Positions 60,242-64,000 of a stretch of 64,000 nucleotides of DNA are shown piece after piece. Below the pieces are notes generated by a model, which worked only from the letters and a program-made list of their open reading frames with translations, was not told the DNA's origin and made no database searches. The DNA lies in NCBI GenBank assembly GCA_001662655.1, contig KV460207.1; one strand, 5' to 3'. Within the stretch, counting starts at the first letter, position 1. Each line of letters opens with the position of its first letter. Origin of the DNA: Pseudogymnoascus verrucosus (taxonomy: Eukaryota). A program made the position numbers and the translations under genes.

Positions 60242-62519
60242 ATGGGCGACAATATCGATCGTTTGCGAGCCCTTCTAGGAGAAGGAGCCTGGGAAGCTCC
60301 TGCTTCTCCAGAAGAATCATCCCAGGACGGCACAGCAAAAGACCCAATAGACTATCTATCAACAGACCCAGAAGATGATGAGAAAATCCTCAGCATCTCG
60401 CGTGTACTTGGTGGCGAAATGGACCCCAAGAATATCATTGGCATGCTATTTCACATTCACTTGACTTCAAAAACTGTTCGATTCATTTCAAAGCTAACAT
60501 TTATATCTCTTCTATAGTGCCAGAATCTGAGCCAGAGCTTCCTGCCTATGATTTGGAGACCGGAGAGCTTGCACCAGCTGGGCACAATTTTGTGCCGCTG
60601 AAAGCCCTGGAGAAGTACCACCACACGTATGTGGAAGGCGCCAATCGATATAAGGTATGGGCTCCCAGTGAAGTTCTAGCAGAATTAACTAGACGCTGAT
60701 TTGTGCCTTGCAGGTGAATCGTAACTACTTTGACAAACAAAAGTTCTATACACACGAATGGGATTTGTAAGTTTTGACCCTGCGAGTCCCCGGAGAATGT
60801 TTGCTTTCTCTGAAACAATCCAACTACCACCCAGTTTTGTTTCAAAGCGGCACTTTTTATCTGGACTTCTCTATATCAACCACCTCAAACGTGTCACTAA
60901 CTGTTAAAGTTTCTACATCTACCCACCACCAGAGTTGTCTCCCAACGCAAGTGTGTTGGTGCCACTCGCTCAAGTGGAGCACTTCATCTGGATCATAAAC
61001 AGACACCTGAAAACCCACCTCGGCATACCAATCATGGAGAGAGACCCCGGATTTATCATCGACTGCCCCAACGATGGCACGCCCCGTCCAAGATACATTG
61101 GTCGTTCGAACGACTATGAAACAGCGGTCCTTACCAAAAAGGCCATCCCCTCCAAAGGGTACAGGCCACCAAACGAACCTGCTTCGAGCACCAAACCATC
61201 CGATGAATCCCTAGAGGCTTTCAAAGAGAGGATGGAGGAGATGCTCGAGATGGACAGGAAGAAGAAGCAAGCTCTCAAGACGAAGAAGCAAGCTGAGCGA
61301 TATGCGAAACAGCAGGGATGGAACCATGTGACGAAGCGTGTGCAGCGTTATCTTGGCCTCAGAGAGAGGCAGACAGAGGTTGATGAATGGGGCATCAAAA
61401 TTTCAGCTCCTAGCCCTGGAGATGGTCTGGCTAAAATCGAAGCTGATCTAGCTAAGCTCAACATCAAGACGCAGATTGATGTCACCAAACCCGCGCCCTT
61501 CGAGCAGGAATCATCGGTGGTTTTCATCTGTGTTGACATCGAAGCCTACGAGAAAAACCACAGACTCATCACAGAAATCGGAATCGCTACACTTGATACA
61601 GCGGATATTACGAACATCTCCCCCGAAGAGCGAGGGACAAGCTGGTTCTCAGCCATCCGCGCTCGCCACTTCAGAATAAAAGAGTATGGCCATCTGAACA
61701 ACACAGAATATCTCCAAGGCTGCGCCGACATGTTCCGCTTTGGGTAAGTAGAAACCCCGCCCCTCGTCCAACACAACTTTAACATCCCACAGGACAAGTG
61801 AATGGATCAAAATCGCCGACGCCCCCAAATCCGTCGCCGACTGTTTCAAGCCCCCCTTCTCCAACCCCCTCTCCCTCTCCCCCATCGACCCCTCTGAAAA
61901 ACGCAAAATCGTGCTCGTCGGCCATGACCTCCCCCAGGATATCGCCTTCCTCCGCCAACTCGGCTACGACCCTGGTAATCTCCCCAACCTCCTCGAATGC
62001 ACCGACACCGCGCACATGTACCGTGCGTTCCGGCGGGAACCTAACAATAGCGGGCTGGGGAAGGTGTTAGCCGATCTCGATATCGCGGGGTGGGACCTCC
62101 ATAATGCTGGGAATGACGCGGTATACACGCTGCAGGCCATGGTGGCCATTGCTGTCAAGGCGCTGGTTGAGAAACAGGACATCCGAGAGAGGGAGAAGGA
62201 GGTTATGGAGCAGAAGATCAAGGAGGCCATGGAGGCTGCGGCGGAGGTGGTGAGGGAGAATAAGGAGGGGTGGAGCTCGGGGGGCGAGGATAGTGATGGG
62301 GGCATTCCGGGGCCGCCGTTGGGGGAGGAGAAGACGACGCAGCAGCACCATGGACCGCCGGGGATGAATAGGAAGGAGAATTCTGGGCGTGGGGGGTCGA
62401 ATTATGGGGCTGCGAGGGGGGCGAGGTCGTCGTGGAGGCGGGGGAGTGGGTCGAATCTGGCTCCGGTTCGTAAACCGGCGAGGGAGGGTAATGACGCAGC
62501 CCGATCTGGATGGTGGTAG
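60242..62519 (+). CDS. qip: QDE-2-interacting protein QIP / Gfd2-like DEDDh exonuclease
   Basis: VFICVDIEAYEKNHRLITEIGIATLDT, ARHFRIKEY, VLVGHD, LHNAGNDAVYTLQAM; several 5' introns. Confidence 0.85.
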
Positions 62520-62844
62520 TTGTGAAGGTTTTACGTTAGGGAGCAATCGTTGATTTTCAGCTATGGTAGCTCTTTCGACACTGTATCATATATGGCACCA
62601 CGGGATGGACGGGGGCAGAACACAGCTGCTGAGCAGGTAGCACTATTCTAGACTGTAGAATGGACAATGCAACAGCCTGACATTATTTATTCCCACCAAA
62701 GTAAACCAATACACCTATAAGCTATCAACGCACACCATCCCCCCTTTTCATCCCACAAAACTCACAAATAAACACCCCACGCACACATCCACCTCCATAC
62801 CCCATAATAAACCAATAACACCATAAAGCACAACCCCAAACCAC

Positions 62845-63949
62845 CTAAACATCCACATCCCCCACCACCCCCAGCGCCACCCCACTCACCACAACAGCCG
62901 TCACCCAAACCCCCGCATACGCCACTGCCCCGCACGCTTCCACGCCCTCAATGCCCTTCACGAGCGCAAACGTATTCGCGCCCCCCAACGACGCCAGGAT
63001 GGCCGTACGCCTCAGCACCTCTTTCATCCTCTCACTGTAACCGCAGACGTTATACCTAACATGCTCCCCAAGCCCCGAACTCACAGCATCGAACTCCGGT
63101 TTCGTGGTTGAGAGACTCGAGGTCGAGGGCGCGAGGATAAACGACCGTGCTGCGAGTCCGGAGACCAGGGTGAGAGGGAGGAGGGAGATGAAACTCGATG
63201 AGTGTGCGGCGGCGACGGAGGGGAGGTTGTTGAACTGTGTTGCGAGTGTGGTGGGGAGGAATGTGGCGTAGGAGATTGAGAGGACGAGGCTGTGTATGCA
63301 AGCCGCGAGGAGGGTGGTGAGGATTTTCGCGCCCCCGTCTATTTCCGGCGCCTCAGCGGTGGTGCGGCGCGTCTTAGGCGGCGGGATGAGCGCGATGGGG
63401 AGGGTGGTGGAGAGTATCGTGATCACAAGAGAAAGAATTGTCGGCGTCGCCCGGGTGTTATAAAAGTAGTGGAGCAGAAACAGTACCGGTCCCTGAGAAA
63501 ACAGCGACAGGGCAGCGACTTCAGAAGCGCTGTACCCATTACACCAAGCTATACCGAGCTCAATCCTATATCAATCATCAGCACTACCATCCTACACGCT
63601 TCCAAGAAAGAGAAACTCACGACCTCCACCCCACCACCACACCAAGCTCCCCCCACCCCTCCGCCCTCCTTGCAACATGTCCTACCCCCCCATCCCCAAA
63701 CTGCGTCGCGAGTTGATGTAAGACCGTCGAGATAGCCAACCCCATCGTCGCGAGAACAGGGAGCCGGATAGCAGGCGAGAGGGGCGCTCCGGCGCGCAAT
63801 TCTTCTGCTGATATCGATGGGGCGATGGGGGTGGAGGATGTGCGTTTCGCGACTGTAGTGGACTTCGCAGCGCGAGGTGTAGATGCCGCGGTGGCCTTGG
63901 TGGCTGCAGCTGCGGCTGTGGCAGCTTGGTCGCCTTTGCGGGTTCGCAT
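62845..63949 (-). CDS. Conserved hypothetical multi-pass membrane protein
   Basis: ATG 63949, intron near 63620-63537, hydrophobic helices to the stop at 62845. Confidence 0.65.
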
Positions 63950-64000
63950 TTTGCTTGGTGGTTTTCGGAAACGATTTGCGAGAGTGAGGAATTGGAGTGT

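Overview
Intron-rich genomic DNA of a filamentous ascomycete; gene content and composition look Leotiomycete-like, which is an inference. Positions 1-33.5 kb and 60-64 kb hold mostly conserved core genes: TOR, RTF2, a Crd2-like metallothionein, MGM101, COA4, BPL1, ARP6, a UFD1-like gene, pacC/RIM101, an ING/PHD gene and QIP/Gfd2, plus one NACHT-ankyrin NLR. Between them lies a ~26 kb accessory island (33.9-59.6 kb) that starts at a truncated, RIP-mutated 5S rDNA half. The main find is a ~8.95 kb segment (34665-43618) bounded by 89-bp terminal inverted repeats with TA flanks. It has no transposase of its own but carries a four-gene module (Zn2Cys6 regulator, PRISE/SirQ-like reductase, GXWXG/DUF4334 protein, GRE2-like reductase) and a nested intact Fot1/pogo transposon, and it ends 40 bp from a 5S rRNA copy with a helix-II deletion. 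The island also holds a lysophospholipase, a solo LTR interrupting a gene fragment, a second NLR, a P450 and an amino-acid permease. Family calls are by recognition of motifs, and exon boundaries were read by eye and are approximate.
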